The notes under the pieces: model-generated | What the model was told of the DNA's origin: nothing | Database searches by the model: none | What the model saw: only the letters and a program-made list of their open reading frames with translations | From: an uncultured bacterium | GTDB lineage: Bacteria > Patescibacteriota > Minisyncoccia > Phycocordibacterales > Phycocordibacteraceae | Assembly (NCBI GenBank): GCA_943914435.1 | Contig: CALUBY010000001.1 | Span: forward strand, 27,876 to 51,875 | Length of the DNA: 24,000 bases | Direction of reading: 5' to 3' | In this document: piece after piece, positions 1 to 8,504 of the stretch | Position numbering within the stretch: the first letter of the stretch is position 1 | Layout: each line of letters opens with the position of its first letter | Position numbers and translations under genes: made by a program

Positions 1-2
1 TG

Positions 3-251
3 CAAGACCTGTCTGAAAAAGTAAAAGAAGTTGCGGAGGAAATAGAGGTGTCAGATAAAAAAATAATTAAGGGCCTCACCCTGCGCACGGCTGAACGATT
101 AACGCGTGCCGTTATAAGCGCCTCAACGCTTGGGATTGGAGGCGTCGTGTACGATACCGCAAAAGATATCGTTGTGAGCATGCAGGCACGTAAGGAGCTT
201 CGCACGAGACGAGCCATGCTTCTTAACTCGAGTGCCGCACTCGTGCGCTAG
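3..251 (+). CDS. hypothetical protein, 5' end outside the window
   Basis: The frame is open from base 3 (QDLSEKVKEVAEEIEV...) to TAG 249-251. The track ORF 48-251 is only its GTG-initiated tail. No recognisable motif. Its stop overlaps the stop of the convergent pilB-like gene within the palindrome CTAG (248-251). Confidence 0.35.
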   Translation, partial: QDLSEKVKEVAEEIEVSDKKIIKGLTLRTAERLTRAVISASTLGIGGVVYDTAKDIVVSMQARKELRTRRAMLLNSSAALVR

Positions 252-1921
252 TCGCGAGGAAGATCAACCACACGAAGAACCTCATCAAGAGACGTGTCTC
301 CCGCGAGGGCTTTTAATACGCCGTCTTGTGCCATGGTAAGAAACCCTTGGCGACGTACTGACTTCACAATCTCTCCTTCGCTTGGGTTTTCGCGCAAAAA
401 TGTTCCGAGCTCATCATCCATAAAAATGGCCTCGTACAAACCAGTACGACCTTTATAACCCGTGCTGTCAGGGGTCTTTGGATCAGGAATCCATACGGAA
501 TCAAGGGACGCGGGCATGAGAGAAGGGTTTGCGAGTGTCGACAATACCCTCTGCATTATCTCTTTTTGCTCAGGGGTCGCAGGAATTTGTTTGCGCTCTT
601 CTGGGTTCAGGCGACGCACAAGACGCTGTGCCATGGCAACAGAAATTGCTGAGGCAAATGTTTTTGGATCAACGCCAAGATCAACAAGGCGCGGGAACGT
701 GCCGGCCGCGTTGTTTGTGTGAAGAGTCGAAAACACAAAGTGTCCGGTAAGGGCAGCTTGTACGGCAGTCGTTGCCACTTCGCCGTCTCGAATCTCACCC
801 ACCATGATCACGTCGGGGTCCTGGCGAAGTACCGAACGTAAGCCCGAAGCAAAGGTATATTTCTCACCTTCAGTTTGAGTCTGCACGATGCCCGGCAGGT
901 GATATTCAATCGGGTCTTCAATCGTCACAATCTTAATTTCAGGGGTGTGAATGTGTCGAAGGAAAGAGTAGAGCGTCGTGGTCTTTCCGGAACCGGTTGG
1001 TCCCGTAACGAGTAGCATGCCCGTCGGTCGGGTTATTTCGGCCGTAAGCCGTGTAAGAAGGTCTTCTCGTATACCAAGCTGTTCAAAGGAAACGCCCAGT
1101 ATGCCCGGGTCAAGAATACGCATCACAAAAGACTCTCCATATGCGCCAGGGATAAGCGACGTACGAATCTCAACTTCCTGATCGCCAACCGGCACCGTAA
1201 ATCGCCCGTCCTGAGCACGGTTATGAATATTAAGTTTTAGTCCTGAGAGAAGTTTGACGCGTGACGAAATAAGCTGGTACGTATGAGCGTCAAACGTGTA
1301 GATGTCCATAAGCTGCCCATCAAGGCGAAACCGTAGCCGAATACCTGTTTCCTCAGGCTCGAGGTGAATATCGGATGCTTTTACCGCAAAGGCCGCGGCA
1401 AGCATAAACTCAAGCGCTTTTGACACCTGTCCGCGCGCGCCGGTGGTAAGAACCTCGTCAAGATGCTTTTTAAGGGCACTTACGGTTGTAAGAGATGTTT
1501 GAAGGCCGTGTAGTTCTTCTGCTTGAATATCAAACACGCCTGCTTTCGATTCGCTTGCAAGGGAGAGCTCAGCGTAGCGGCTATACGCCCGTTCAAGACT
1601 CATACGTGAGACAAGAAAGCGCGTAAGGATATACCCCTGCGCCTCAAGAGCGTGTTCTACCTGAGAGAGGGGGATGCTATTTGGGTTACGAAACGCGAGC
1701 GAGATATGTTTGCCTGTTTTTTCAAATGCCACCACTTCAGCTTCACGGGCCTCTTTCTCTGGAATGAGACGCAACGCGTCGACATTAATAGGAATAATCG
1801 TTAAGTCAGTATACGAAACACCGTATTTTTCAGAGAGCACTCGTGCCAAATCTTCTTCTTCTTGCGCACGAACACTCGCAAGCTTGGCGTCTTCAGCGTC
1901 AGTGTCAAAATGTGCGGACAT
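248..1921 (-). CDS. pilB: type IV pilus / type II secretion assembly ATPase (PilB/GspE family)
   Basis: 557 aa. N-terminal T2SSE_N-like region, Walker A GPTGSGKTTT, Walker B/Asp-box region VIMVGEIRD and His box TGHFVFSTLHTN, all typical of GspE/PilB ATPases. A TATCAT -10 box (complement of 1929-1934) lies 7 nt upstream of the ATG. Confidence 0.9.
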   Translation of the reverse strand: MSAHFDTDAEDAKLASVRAQEEEDLARVLSEKYGVSYTDLTIIPINVDALRLIPEKEAREAEVVAFEKTGKHISLAFRNPNSIPLSQVEHALEAQGYILTRFLVSRMSLERAYSRYAELSLASESKAGVFDIQAEELHGLQTSLTTVSALKKHLDEVLTTGARGQVSKALEFMLAAAFAVKASDIHLEPEETGIRLRFRLDGQLMDIYTFDAHTYQLISSRVKLLSGLKLNIHNRAQDGRFTVPVGDQEVEIRTSLIPGAYGESFVMRILDPGILGVSFEQLGIREDLLTRLTAEITRPTGMLLVTGPTGSGKTTTLYSFLRHIHTPEIKIVTIEDPIEYHLPGIVQTQTEGEKYTFASGLRSVLRQDPDVIMVGEIRDGEVATTAVQAALTGHFVFSTLHTNNAAGTFPRLVDLGVDPKTFASAISVAMAQRLVRRLNPEERKQIPATPEQKEIMQRVLSTLANPSLMPASLDSVWIPDPKTPDSTGYKGRTGLYEAIFMDDELGTFLRENPSEGEIVKSVRRQGFLTMAQDGVLKALAGDTSLDEVLRVVDLPRD

Positions 1922-1966
1922 GGTATGTATGATACCGCGAGAGAGTACCTATCCCAATTAACAATC

Positions 1967-2566
1967 CTACTGAGCGGCAGTTTTTCCAAAAAGCGTTGAA
2001 TCAATAAACGTAAGGGTGTCTCGAGCAGCGAATGTTCCTGGGTGGGTGAGCGCAAAGACCCGTAGATTTTTTTGCGCACCCTTAAGACGAGCGCTCGTGC
2101 CAGGAACCACCACGGTATCGATAGGATTATAAATAGAGTAGTAGGGAACATGACTCGTGTGACGAGCGAGCGCCTTCATAACGGGGCTTCCTGGACGTAA
2201 ATCTTTCACGCCAGGACGTATACCAAAGTACGCGAGTGAAGAGCCGTGATGAGGGGTGCATATGGTAAAGACGCTCAAGGCCTGCTCTTCAACAGAAGGG
2301 TTGTTCAGGGCGCATAGTCGCCAAATAAGACCACCCTGACTAAACCCAACCACTACAAACTTCTTTCCGGAAAGATGCTCCTCAACGTATGCGGAAAGGT
2401 CAGAAGAAATACTCTCAAGAGAGGAGGTGCCAAACCGTTCTTTGTAATGGAAAGGAAAAAAGGCAACGGACCGGTGTTTTCTCCGTAAATACGCAGTGAG
2501 AGGGTGATAATCCCACGCCCCACCCCCAAACCCGTGAATTAGGAGAATAGGAAGAGGCTCTTGCAT
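1967..2566 (-). CDS. alpha/beta-fold hydrolase (lipase/esterase-like)
   Basis: I place the start at the internal Met (MQEPLPILLIHGFGGG...), giving 199 aa. HG oxyanion motif, GxSxG nucleophile elbow GFSQGG, and C-terminal His in LTHPG. The longer track ORF (to 2767) would run through the divergent tsaE promoter and start. A TATACT -10 (complement of 2574-2579) lies 7 nt upstream of this ATG. Confidence 0.7.
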   Translation of the reverse strand: MQEPLPILLIHGFGGGAWDYHPLTAYLRRKHRSVAFFPFHYKERFGTSSLESISSDLSAYVEEHLSGKKFVVVGFSQGGLIWRLCALNNPSVEEQALSVFTICTPHHGSSLAYFGIRPGVKDLRPGSPVMKALARHTSHVPYYSIYNPIDTVVVPGTSARLKGAQKNLRVFALTHPGTFAARDTLTFIDSTLFGKTAAQ

Positions 2567-2613
2567 AGAACGTAGTATAAGACAGGACCTAAGAAGCGGC
2601 ACAGGCCGGTGCT

Positions 2614-2622
2614 TGGTACAAT
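2614..2622 (+). promoter_or_regulatory. extended -10 promoter element TGgTACAAT for the tsaE-polA-holA unit
   Basis: TGgTACAAT ends 6 nt before ATG 2629. No Shine-Dalgarno sequence lies between them. Confidence 0.45.
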
Positions 2623-2628
2623 GAACCC

Positions 2629-3069
2629 ATGAGACCAGTCCGTCGCCTCGACAGTCTTTCGGCCCTTGAAACAGAGGCGGAACAGTTTGTGGGTGACCTT
2701 GCCCCCAAGGAAACAGGTGCGACACTGGTGACTCTTTCAGGAGAGCTTGGTGCAGGCAAGACCACATTTACTCAATCAGTGGCGCTCGCGCTTGGTGTTC
2801 GGGAATCGGTTACCAGTCCGACGTTTGTGCTTCAAAAAACATATGCACTACCAAAGAGTTCGTTTAAAAAACTCGTGCACATTGATGCGTATCGATTAAC
2901 GAGCGGAAGTGATCTTGCTGCGCTCGGCATGAAAGACACACTCCTCGAGCCTTCAACGCTCATATTGCTTGAATGGCCAGAAATGGTAATCGACGGACTT
3001 CCGCGAGCAGATGTCGCCATTACCCTTACCGTAGACGCAGACGGCGCTCGTACCATTTCCTATGCTTAG
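2629..3069 (+). CDS. tsaE: tRNA threonylcarbamoyladenosine (t6A) biosynthesis ATPase TsaE
   Basis: 146 aa. GELGAGKTTF P-loop, SPTF, HIDAYR and LEWPE motifs in the order characteristic of TsaE/YjeE. Confidence 0.85.
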   Translation: MRPVRRLDSLSALETEAEQFVGDLAPKETGATLVTLSGELGAGKTTFTQSVALALGVRESVTSPTFVLQKTYALPKSSFKKLVHIDAYRLTSGSDLAALGMKDTLLEPSTLILLEWPEMVIDGLPRADVAITLTVDADGARTISYA

Positions 3070-5458
3070 ATCCCTCCAAGAAAAAAGAACTCGCCTTGTT
3101 CTTCTTGATGCACATGCGATTATTCATCGCGCATATCACGCACTTCCTGATTTCACGGCGCCTGATGGGCAGCCAACCGGAGCGCTCTACGGACTTTCCT
3201 CAATGCTTCTTCGTATTGCGACGGAGCTTTCGCCTGATTACATTGTTGCGTGTTACGACCTACCCGGAAAGACAGTTCGTCACGAGGCATATGCAGACTA
3301 CAAGGCCACGCGCACCGCAATGGATGATGCGCTCGGCATACAGTTACATACCTCACGTGAAGTGTTTAAGGCGTTTTGCATACCTGTGTATGAGAAGGCG
3401 GGGTTCGAAGCAGATGACATCCTTGGAACCATTGTTGAAAAAATGAAAGACGATCCGGATGTCGATATCATTATCGCGTCAGGGGACATGGATACTATGC
3501 AGCTGATTGAGGGCAAGAAAGTTCAGGTGTATACGCTAAAGAAGGGGCTAAACGACACGATTTTGTATGACGAGGCTGCCATTCTCGAGCGGTACGGGTT
3601 TACCCCTGACAAGATTGCCGATTACAAAGGCCTGCGAGGAGACCCTTCCGACAACATTAAGGGTGTTCCGGGTATAGGTGATAAGACGGCGACCGAACTT
3701 GTGCAAAAGTTTGGATCAGTGGAAGACCTCTACACCGCTCTCTTAAAGGACGAGACACTGCTCCTTTCTGCAGGCATAAAGCCACGCATTGTAAATCTGC
3801 TCAAGGAGTATGAGGAAGACGCGCGCTTTTCAAAATCTCTCGCAACGATTCGAAATGATGCGCCGGTGACGTTCTCGCTTCCCAAAAAAGTATGGAAAGA
3901 AACCATCTCACCCGAAGCGCTACTTGAGCTGTTTGACCTGCTTGGTTTCCGTTCACTTAAAAACCGTGTCCGCAGCCTTCTTGGGGAGAAGGAGGATTCG
4001 CTTGGTGATGATGAGGAACAGGAGGAGGATGGTGTGAGCGACGAGGAAATAGACGCGACACGACTCGAAGAAGCAAAGGTAATGTTGTGGCTTTTATATT
4101 CTGATTTCACCAACCCATCTCTTGATGACATCATTGCGTATACAAAAGCGAAAGGATTTGAAGAGGCATACACGTCTCTTCAAAAAAGTCTGAAAGAAAC
4201 GGGCCGACTGCAGGAGCTGTATGACACCATCGAGCACCCATTGATTTCAATCTTGGCTGAAATGCGCACGTGTGGCGTACGTATTGATACTAAGGTTTTA
4301 GAAGGCCTTCAGAAAGAATATCGAAAAGACCTTGAGAAAATTGAAAAAAGAATCTACGAACGTGTAGGACACGAGTTTAATATTAGCTCTCCAAAACAAC
4401 TTGGCGCGGTGCTTTTTGATGAGCTTGAGCTTGGTATAAAGGGACAGAAAAAAACAGCAACCGGACAGCGCTCTACTAAAGAATCAGAACTCGAAAAAAT
4501 ACGAGATAGTCATCCTGTCGTTGCAGAGGTGCTTGAGTTTCGAGGACTTCAAAAACTTCTCTCGACCTACATAGAAGCACTCCCGCCCCTTCTTGATGAG
4601 AACAGCCGTCTCCATGCAGAGTTTCTCCAGTATGGTGCGGTAACAGGGCGTATGGCGAGCCAGAATCCAGGACTTCAAAATATTCCGATACGAACAGAGC
4701 GGGGGAGGGCAATACGTAACGCATTCGTGCCTCGCGACGGCTTCACGCTTGTTGGGCTCGATTATTCTCAGATTGAGCTCCGGCTCGCGGCGATTCTCTC
4801 AGAAGACGAAAAGCTCATGACCATTTTTAAGAATGATCGAGACGTGCACACAGAAGTTGCGGCGGCTGTGTTTAAAGTCTCTCCTGACGAGGTAGACCGA
4901 GAAATGCGTCGTCGAGCAAAGATAATTAACTTCGGCATTCTGTATGGCATGGGTGTAAACGCGCTAAAAACGCAGCTTGGTACGAGTGCCGCAGAGGCCC
5001 ACACCTTTTATGATGAGTACTTTGAGACCTTCGATACGCTCGCGAAGTATCTCGAGTCGACGCGTGGGTTTGCACGTAAGCACGGATACACCGAGACCCT
5101 GTTTGGAAGAAGGCGACAGTTTCCAGAAATGAAATCATCTCTTCCCTATGTGAGAGCTCAAGCAGAGCGAATGGCGATAAACGCACCCATACAGGGCACA
5201 CAGGCTGACATCATTAAGCTTGCGATGGTGCGAGTAGACCGAATGCTCGAAGAGATGCACGCAAAGGAAGACGTACACCTCTTACTGCAGGTGCACGACG
5301 AACTCGTGTATGAGGTAAAGGACGCTCGCGTAGAAGAAATGGCGAAGAACATACAAGACGTCATGGAAGGCGCTCTTTCGCTCGAAGAAGCGCGAGGGGT
5401 ACCTATTCGTGCCGATGTAAAAGTGGGACCAAACTGGGGAACGATGGAGGCGTTATGA
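3062..5458 (+). CDS. polA: DNA polymerase I (5' nuclease plus polymerase domains, vestigial 3'-5' exonuclease region)
   Basis: 798 aa. N-terminal 5'-3' exonuclease/FEN domain with HhH (GIGDKTA). Family A motif A DYSQIELR, motif B RRRAKIINFGILYG, motif C QVHDE. The start overlaps the tsaE stop by 8 nt. Confidence 0.95.
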   Translation: MLRSLQEKRTRLVLLDAHAIIHRAYHALPDFTAPDGQPTGALYGLSSMLLRIATELSPDYIVACYDLPGKTVRHEAYADYKATRTAMDDALGIQLHTSREVFKAFCIPVYEKAGFEADDILGTIVEKMKDDPDVDIIIASGDMDTMQLIEGKKVQVYTLKKGLNDTILYDEAAILERYGFTPDKIADYKGLRGDPSDNIKGVPGIGDKTATELVQKFGSVEDLYTALLKDETLLLSAGIKPRIVNLLKEYEEDARFSKSLATIRNDAPVTFSLPKKVWKETISPEALLELFDLLGFRSLKNRVRSLLGEKEDSLGDDEEQEEDGVSDEEIDATRLEEAKVMLWLLYSDFTNPSLDDIIAYTKAKGFEEAYTSLQKSLKETGRLQELYDTIEHPLISILAEMRTCGVRIDTKVLEGLQKEYRKDLEKIEKRIYERVGHEFNISSPKQLGAVLFDELELGIKGQKKTATGQRSTKESELEKIRDSHPVVAEVLEFRGLQKLLSTYIEALPPLLDENSRLHAEFLQYGAVTGRMASQNPGLQNIPIRTERGRAIRNAFVPRDGFTLVGLDYSQIELRLAAILSEDEKLMTIFKNDRDVHTEVAAAVFKVSPDEVDREMRRRAKIINFGILYGMGVNALKTQLGTSAAEAHTFYDEYFETFDTLAKYLESTRGFARKHGYTETLFGRRRQFPEMKSSLPYVRAQAERMAINAPIQGTQADIIKLAMVRVDRMLEEMHAKEDVHLLLQVHDELVYEVKDARVEEMAKNIQDVMEGALSLEEARGVPIRADVKVGPNWGTMEAL

Positions 5459-6114
5459 TCTATCTTTTCCACGGCTCTGATGTAAGCAAAGTGCGCGCAA
5501 AAGCATTTGCGTGGGTTGCAGCAACACGCGCAAAAGTACCTGACGCGGCATATATACGTCTGCAAGGAAATCAGATAGTACCGGAAGCGCTCCATGACGC
5601 CATAGGGGCTCAAGGCCTTTTCTTTGCAAAATCTCTCATTCTTATCGACGACCCGTTTGCTGACGAGAAGGGAGGTGAGACGGTGCTCGGCATGCTTGAT
5701 GAGCTGGCCGCAAGTGAGAATCCCGTTGGTATCGTTGCGCCAAAGCTTTTGGCTGGACGATTAAAAAAAATAGAAGGCGTCGCAACAAAAGTCTTTAAAG
5801 AAGATGCACCTGCAAAACGCGAACGCGGTTTCAATGCGGCATTGGTTCAGGCGCTTGGAAACAAAGACGGACGCCTGCTCTGGAAAGAGCTTATGAAAGC
5901 AGAGCGAATGGGAGACGCACCCGAGTCCGTACACGGTCTTCTGCACTGGAAGGCTCGCGACATGATGCAAAAAGGAAGTGTCGAGTGGGGAAAGGAAGGC
6001 GCTCGCGCGCTCTCGGTTGAGCTCATTGAACTTGTGTCGGATGCGCGGTCAGGGGGTCTTCCCATTAGTTCTTCGCTCGAGCGCTTTGCGCTTTCACTTA
6101 GGCGTTCGAAATAA
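5455..6114 (+). CDS. DNA polymerase III delta subunit-like protein (short HolA)
   Basis: 219 aa. The N-terminus MIYLFHGSD... and the later segment (GFNAALVQALGNKDGRLLWKEL...) resemble the HolA N-terminal and middle domains. ATGA overlap with the polA stop. GGAGG lies 6 nt upstream. The assignment rests on weak motif resemblance only. Confidence 0.5.
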   Translation: MIYLFHGSDVSKVRAKAFAWVAATRAKVPDAAYIRLQGNQIVPEALHDAIGAQGLFFAKSLILIDDPFADEKGGETVLGMLDELAASENPVGIVAPKLLAGRLKKIEGVATKVFKEDAPAKRERGFNAALVQALGNKDGRLLWKELMKAERMGDAPESVHGLLHWKARDMMQKGSVEWGKEGARALSVELIELVSDARSGGLPISSSLERFALSLRRSK

Positions 6115-6143
6115 CAACACCCGGGCGTATTGCCCGGGTGTTG
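6115..6143. terminator. 12-bp perfect hairpin between holA-like (+) and tRNA-Lys (-)
   Basis: CAACACCCGGGC (6115-6126) pairs with GCCCGGGTGTTG (6132-6143), loop GTATT. On the minus strand it is followed by TTATTT. On the plus strand there is no T-tract. It is more plausibly the terminator of the minus-strand unit, or bidirectional. Confidence 0.5.
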
Positions 6144-6148
6144 AAATT
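6130..6148 (+). repeat. exact 19-nt copy of the 5' end of tRNA-Leu(GAG)
   Basis: TTGCCCGGGTGTTGAAATT at 6130-6148 is identical to 16532-16550, which is 2 upstream nt plus nt 1-17 of the tRNA-Leu gene. The copy forms the 3' arm of the hairpin above. Confidence 0.9.
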
Positions 6149-6150
6149 AG

Positions 6151-6223
6151 TGCGCCCACCTGGGCTCGAACCAGGGACCGTCTCCTTAAAAGGGAGCTGC
6201 TCTACCAGCTGAGCTATGGGCGC
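6151..6223 (-). tRNA. tRNA-Lys (anticodon TTT)
   Basis: Hand-folded cloverleaf: acceptor GCGCCCA/TGGGCGC, D arm GCTC-AGCTGGTA-GAGC, anticodon loop CTTTTAA, T arm CCTGG-TTCGAGC-CCAGG, discriminator A. No encoded CCA (followed by CTA). Confidence 0.9.
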
Positions 6224-6266
6224 AATTGAGGTAGGTGAGCGTATATGCTCGATATCCGTTATACCC

Positions 6267-7217
6267 TTAATACGTATAGAGGTCTACCGTTTTCCCCTCT
6301 GCATCGAGGAGCTTGATTGCATCGCGACTCGGTTTCCAGAGATCATCTTCGTCGTTTCTTTTGCCCTCATACTCAAGATATATACGCCATACCTTTCCCG
6401 CGAAACGAGAATCGTATCGATGTTTTTCGACGCAGCTATTGTACGTGAGGTATTCGTCAATGAGGCGTATACAGGCGTTCGACATGCCTCGGTCGCTCGG
6501 TGTTTTACATGACGGACTTGCTCTCATGAGGTCGTAGCATTTTTCGTCACGTAGCTCATTGCCCGTAAAGAACTTGTCGAATTCGTCGTAGGGCGCAGGA
6601 CACTGGTTTGTGAGAGGGGGATAATAGGTCTGGCTTTCACCGAGATACCCGGTACACATATTTTCCCTAAAAGAGACACCATTTGGCCCTTCTCCGGTTA
6701 TGACAATGGCGGAGTCTCCAGGCTTCAGAACAATGGTATCGGTTGTATTCACTCGTCCGCGAGAAGGAATCTCAACGCCTTCAGGAATGCGCACACCTCG
6801 CCCGGAGGCCCCTGAGACCAGTCGCCAGCCGGTAATAGAAACACTTTCTGAGCCTGACGCGTAGAGTCGGATGTATTCGCGGTCTGGATCAGTTGCGCCC
6901 ACGTCTCCAATGCTTACGGTCACAAGGCCCTCGTAGGGAGATGATTCACCGTATGCGCGTATATCTGAGGCTTCGCGCTGAAGTGTTGCAACGCGATTTT
7001 CAATACCCATGATACTTGACCAAATACTGTCGCCTCCGAAGGCTCCTTGATACCCGGCTTCCGTAGAGCCGTACCCCGTGCTTACGACACCCACATCAGT
7101 AATGGGAGTTATGTAGGGACCTGCAAACGAGATGGGTCGAGTGGGTCCTCCTGTCGAAAACCACAGTATGAAGAAAAAGCCGATGACTCCAAGAAAGAAG
7201 AGTGCGTCACTTTTCAT
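6267..7217 (-). CDS. membrane-anchored secreted protein with lamin-tail-domain-like module and Cys-rich C-terminal domain
   Basis: I place the start at the internal Met (MKSDALFFLGVIGFFFILWF..., one N-terminal TM helix), giving 316 aa. The segment EYIRLYASGSESVSITGWRLVSGASGRGVRIPEGV...LKPGDSAIVITG matches the LTD pattern (EYIEL...GW.L......F.P....L.PG). The C-terminal ~130 aa has 7 Cys. TGGTATCAT (complement of 7224-7232) lies 6 nt upstream of this ATG. Confidence 0.65.
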   Translation of the reverse strand: MKSDALFFLGVIGFFFILWFSTGGPTRPISFAGPYITPITDVGVVSTGYGSTEAGYQGAFGGDSIWSSIMGIENRVATLQREASDIRAYGESSPYEGLVTVSIGDVGATDPDREYIRLYASGSESVSITGWRLVSGASGRGVRIPEGVEIPSRGRVNTTDTIVLKPGDSAIVITGEGPNGVSFRENMCTGYLGESQTYYPPLTNQCPAPYDEFDKFFTGNELRDEKCYDLMRASPSCKTPSDRGMSNACIRLIDEYLTYNSCVEKHRYDSRFAGKVWRIYLEYEGKRNDEDDLWKPSRDAIKLLDAEGKTVDLYTY

Positions 7218-7223
7218 ACCCGT

Positions 7224-7232
7224 ATGATACCA
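7224..7232 (-). promoter_or_regulatory. extended -10 element TGGTATCAT upstream of the LTD protein gene
   Basis: The reverse complement of 7224-7232 reads TGGTATCAT. It ends 6 nt before ATG (7217) and sits in the 16-nt gap after the Mur ligase stop. Confidence 0.4.
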
Positions 7233-7233
7233 A

Positions 7234-8502
7234 TCATCCCTTAGACTTTCTGAGCTCTTCTCGCACAACCTGCGCATCGCTCCAAGGACTCTTCGTATTA
7301 TTCGCCTCCATGATGTAAGGGTCTGTTCCTTTGCCGGTAATGAGGACGGCGTCTCCGGCGCCCGCAAGCGAAAGCGCACGGGCGATGGCCTCTCTTCGGT
7401 CCATAATAATGTCTGGCTTCTTCTCCATGCCTTCGGCCATTGCCTCGACTATGGCACGCGGGTCTTCTTCGTACGGGTCTTCGTTTGTGAGAATGACGTG
7501 ATCGCAGTACTCCTCAGCAATCTTTCCCATTTCAGGGCGCTTCCAGGTATCGCGGCCGCCTCCCGTGTTTCCGAGCACGCAGATGCGGCGTGTCGGATAC
7601 GCCTCGTAGAGCGCGCGTAATGAATCGGGAGTGTGCGCGTAATCGACAATTGCCTGGAAGTCTTGTCCTTCCTCAATGCGTTCAGTGCGGCCAGGAATAC
7701 GCTCGAGAGAACGCAATGCGTCTGCAATAGTGTTGAGAGGTACTCCAAGAAAGCGAGCTGCTTTTATAACCGCAAGCGCATTCATAACGCTAAAACTTCC
7801 GGGAAGTTTTAAATCAAAACGTACGTGTTCGTACGTAAAGGAAACGCTCCCCGGCGCATGTACCACCTCAGAGGCATCTTGAAACGAAAAGGGAATCTGT
7901 TCCTCAACAGAAAGAGCGAGGTAGGGATTGCTGTGAGGATTGTCCGAGTTTGCAATGATGGCGCGAGGACGCTTGGGTGATCGCGCTAGCTCTTTGCCTA
8001 TTTCAAACTTCGCAGCCGCATACTTCTCGAAAGACCCGTGCGACTCAATGTGTTCTTTTTGGAGATTGGTAAAAATAAGACCGTTCAAGTAAAGGTAGCG
8101 GTGGCGGTGCTGAAGAACACTTTCGGAGGTTATCTCAACGACGGCATACTTCGCTCCTTTTTTATGTGCGCGCGCAAGGAACTCGTGAATAAAGCCACGT
8201 CCTGGCATAGTCATCTTGTGGATGTTTGGTACTGACTCATCTTGTATGGCAAAACGAATCGTGCCGGCGACCGCAGAAGGGTACCCGGCATACTGCAGTA
8301 CCGTGAAAAGCATGTCAGACACGGACGACTTTCCTTTGGTACCGGTTACTCCAATAACCGTCATGTCTTTGGCAGGGAAGCCATAGAGTGCCGCAAGTAC
8401 GCACGCAAGCATGCGGTGATAGAGGGGGAGAAAAGGGCGAACAAGGGAACGAGGAAGAATGCTCTTCAGAACCTCGATAGTCTTGTTAAGAAGTGCGTAC
8501 AT
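7234..8502 (-). CDS. Mur ligase family protein, MurE-like (UDP-MurNAc-peptide synthetase family)
   Basis: 422 aa. Central-domain P-loop GVTGTKGKSS, Mur ligase middle and C-terminal domain pattern. The C-terminal LTNEDPYEEDP aligns with the MurE TSDNPRxEDP segment, but DNPR is replaced by EDPY. The N-terminal region before the P-loop is only ~50 aa. Confidence 0.75.
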   Translation of the reverse strand: MYALLNKTIEVLKSILPRSLVRPFLPLYHRMLACVLAALYGFPAKDMTVIGVTGTKGKSSVSDMLFTVLQYAGYPSAVAGTIRFAIQDESVPNIHKMTMPGRGFIHEFLARAHKKGAKYAVVEITSESVLQHRHRYLYLNGLIFTNLQKEHIESHGSFEKYAAAKFEIGKELARSPKRPRAIIANSDNPHSNPYLALSVEEQIPFSFQDASEVVHAPGSVSFTYEHVRFDLKLPGSFSVMNALAVIKAARFLGVPLNTIADALRSLERIPGRTERIEEGQDFQAIVDYAHTPDSLRALYEAYPTRRICVLGNTGGGRDTWKRPEMGKIAEEYCDHVILTNEDPYEEDPRAIVEAMAEGMEKKPDIIMDRREAIARALSLAGAGDAVLITGKGTDPYIMEANNTKSPWSDAQVVREELRKSKG

Positions 8503-8504
8503 GC

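Noticed and set aside
2567-2767. N-terminal extensions of track ORFs: 1967-2767, 6267-7379, 10574-10621, 10734-11012, 11281-11412, 13530-13580, 15876-15911, 18821-18937 and 20247-20288.
   Set aside because: The extensions overlap neighbouring genes, promoters or terminators and add non-homologous residues. Internal Met codons give canonical N-termini and are preceded by -10 boxes or by tight coupling to the upstream stop.
3730-4173. 147-aa Ser-rich ORF antisense to polA. Similar antisense or alternative-frame ORFs occur at 4476-5613, 5610-6065, 15916-16365 and 17959-18360.
   Set aside because: They lie entirely inside well-supported genes (polA, holA-like, rplS, SIMPL). They have low-complexity, Ser/Arg-rich composition typical of shadow frames of moderately GC-rich coding DNA. 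They show no promoter geometry or motifs.
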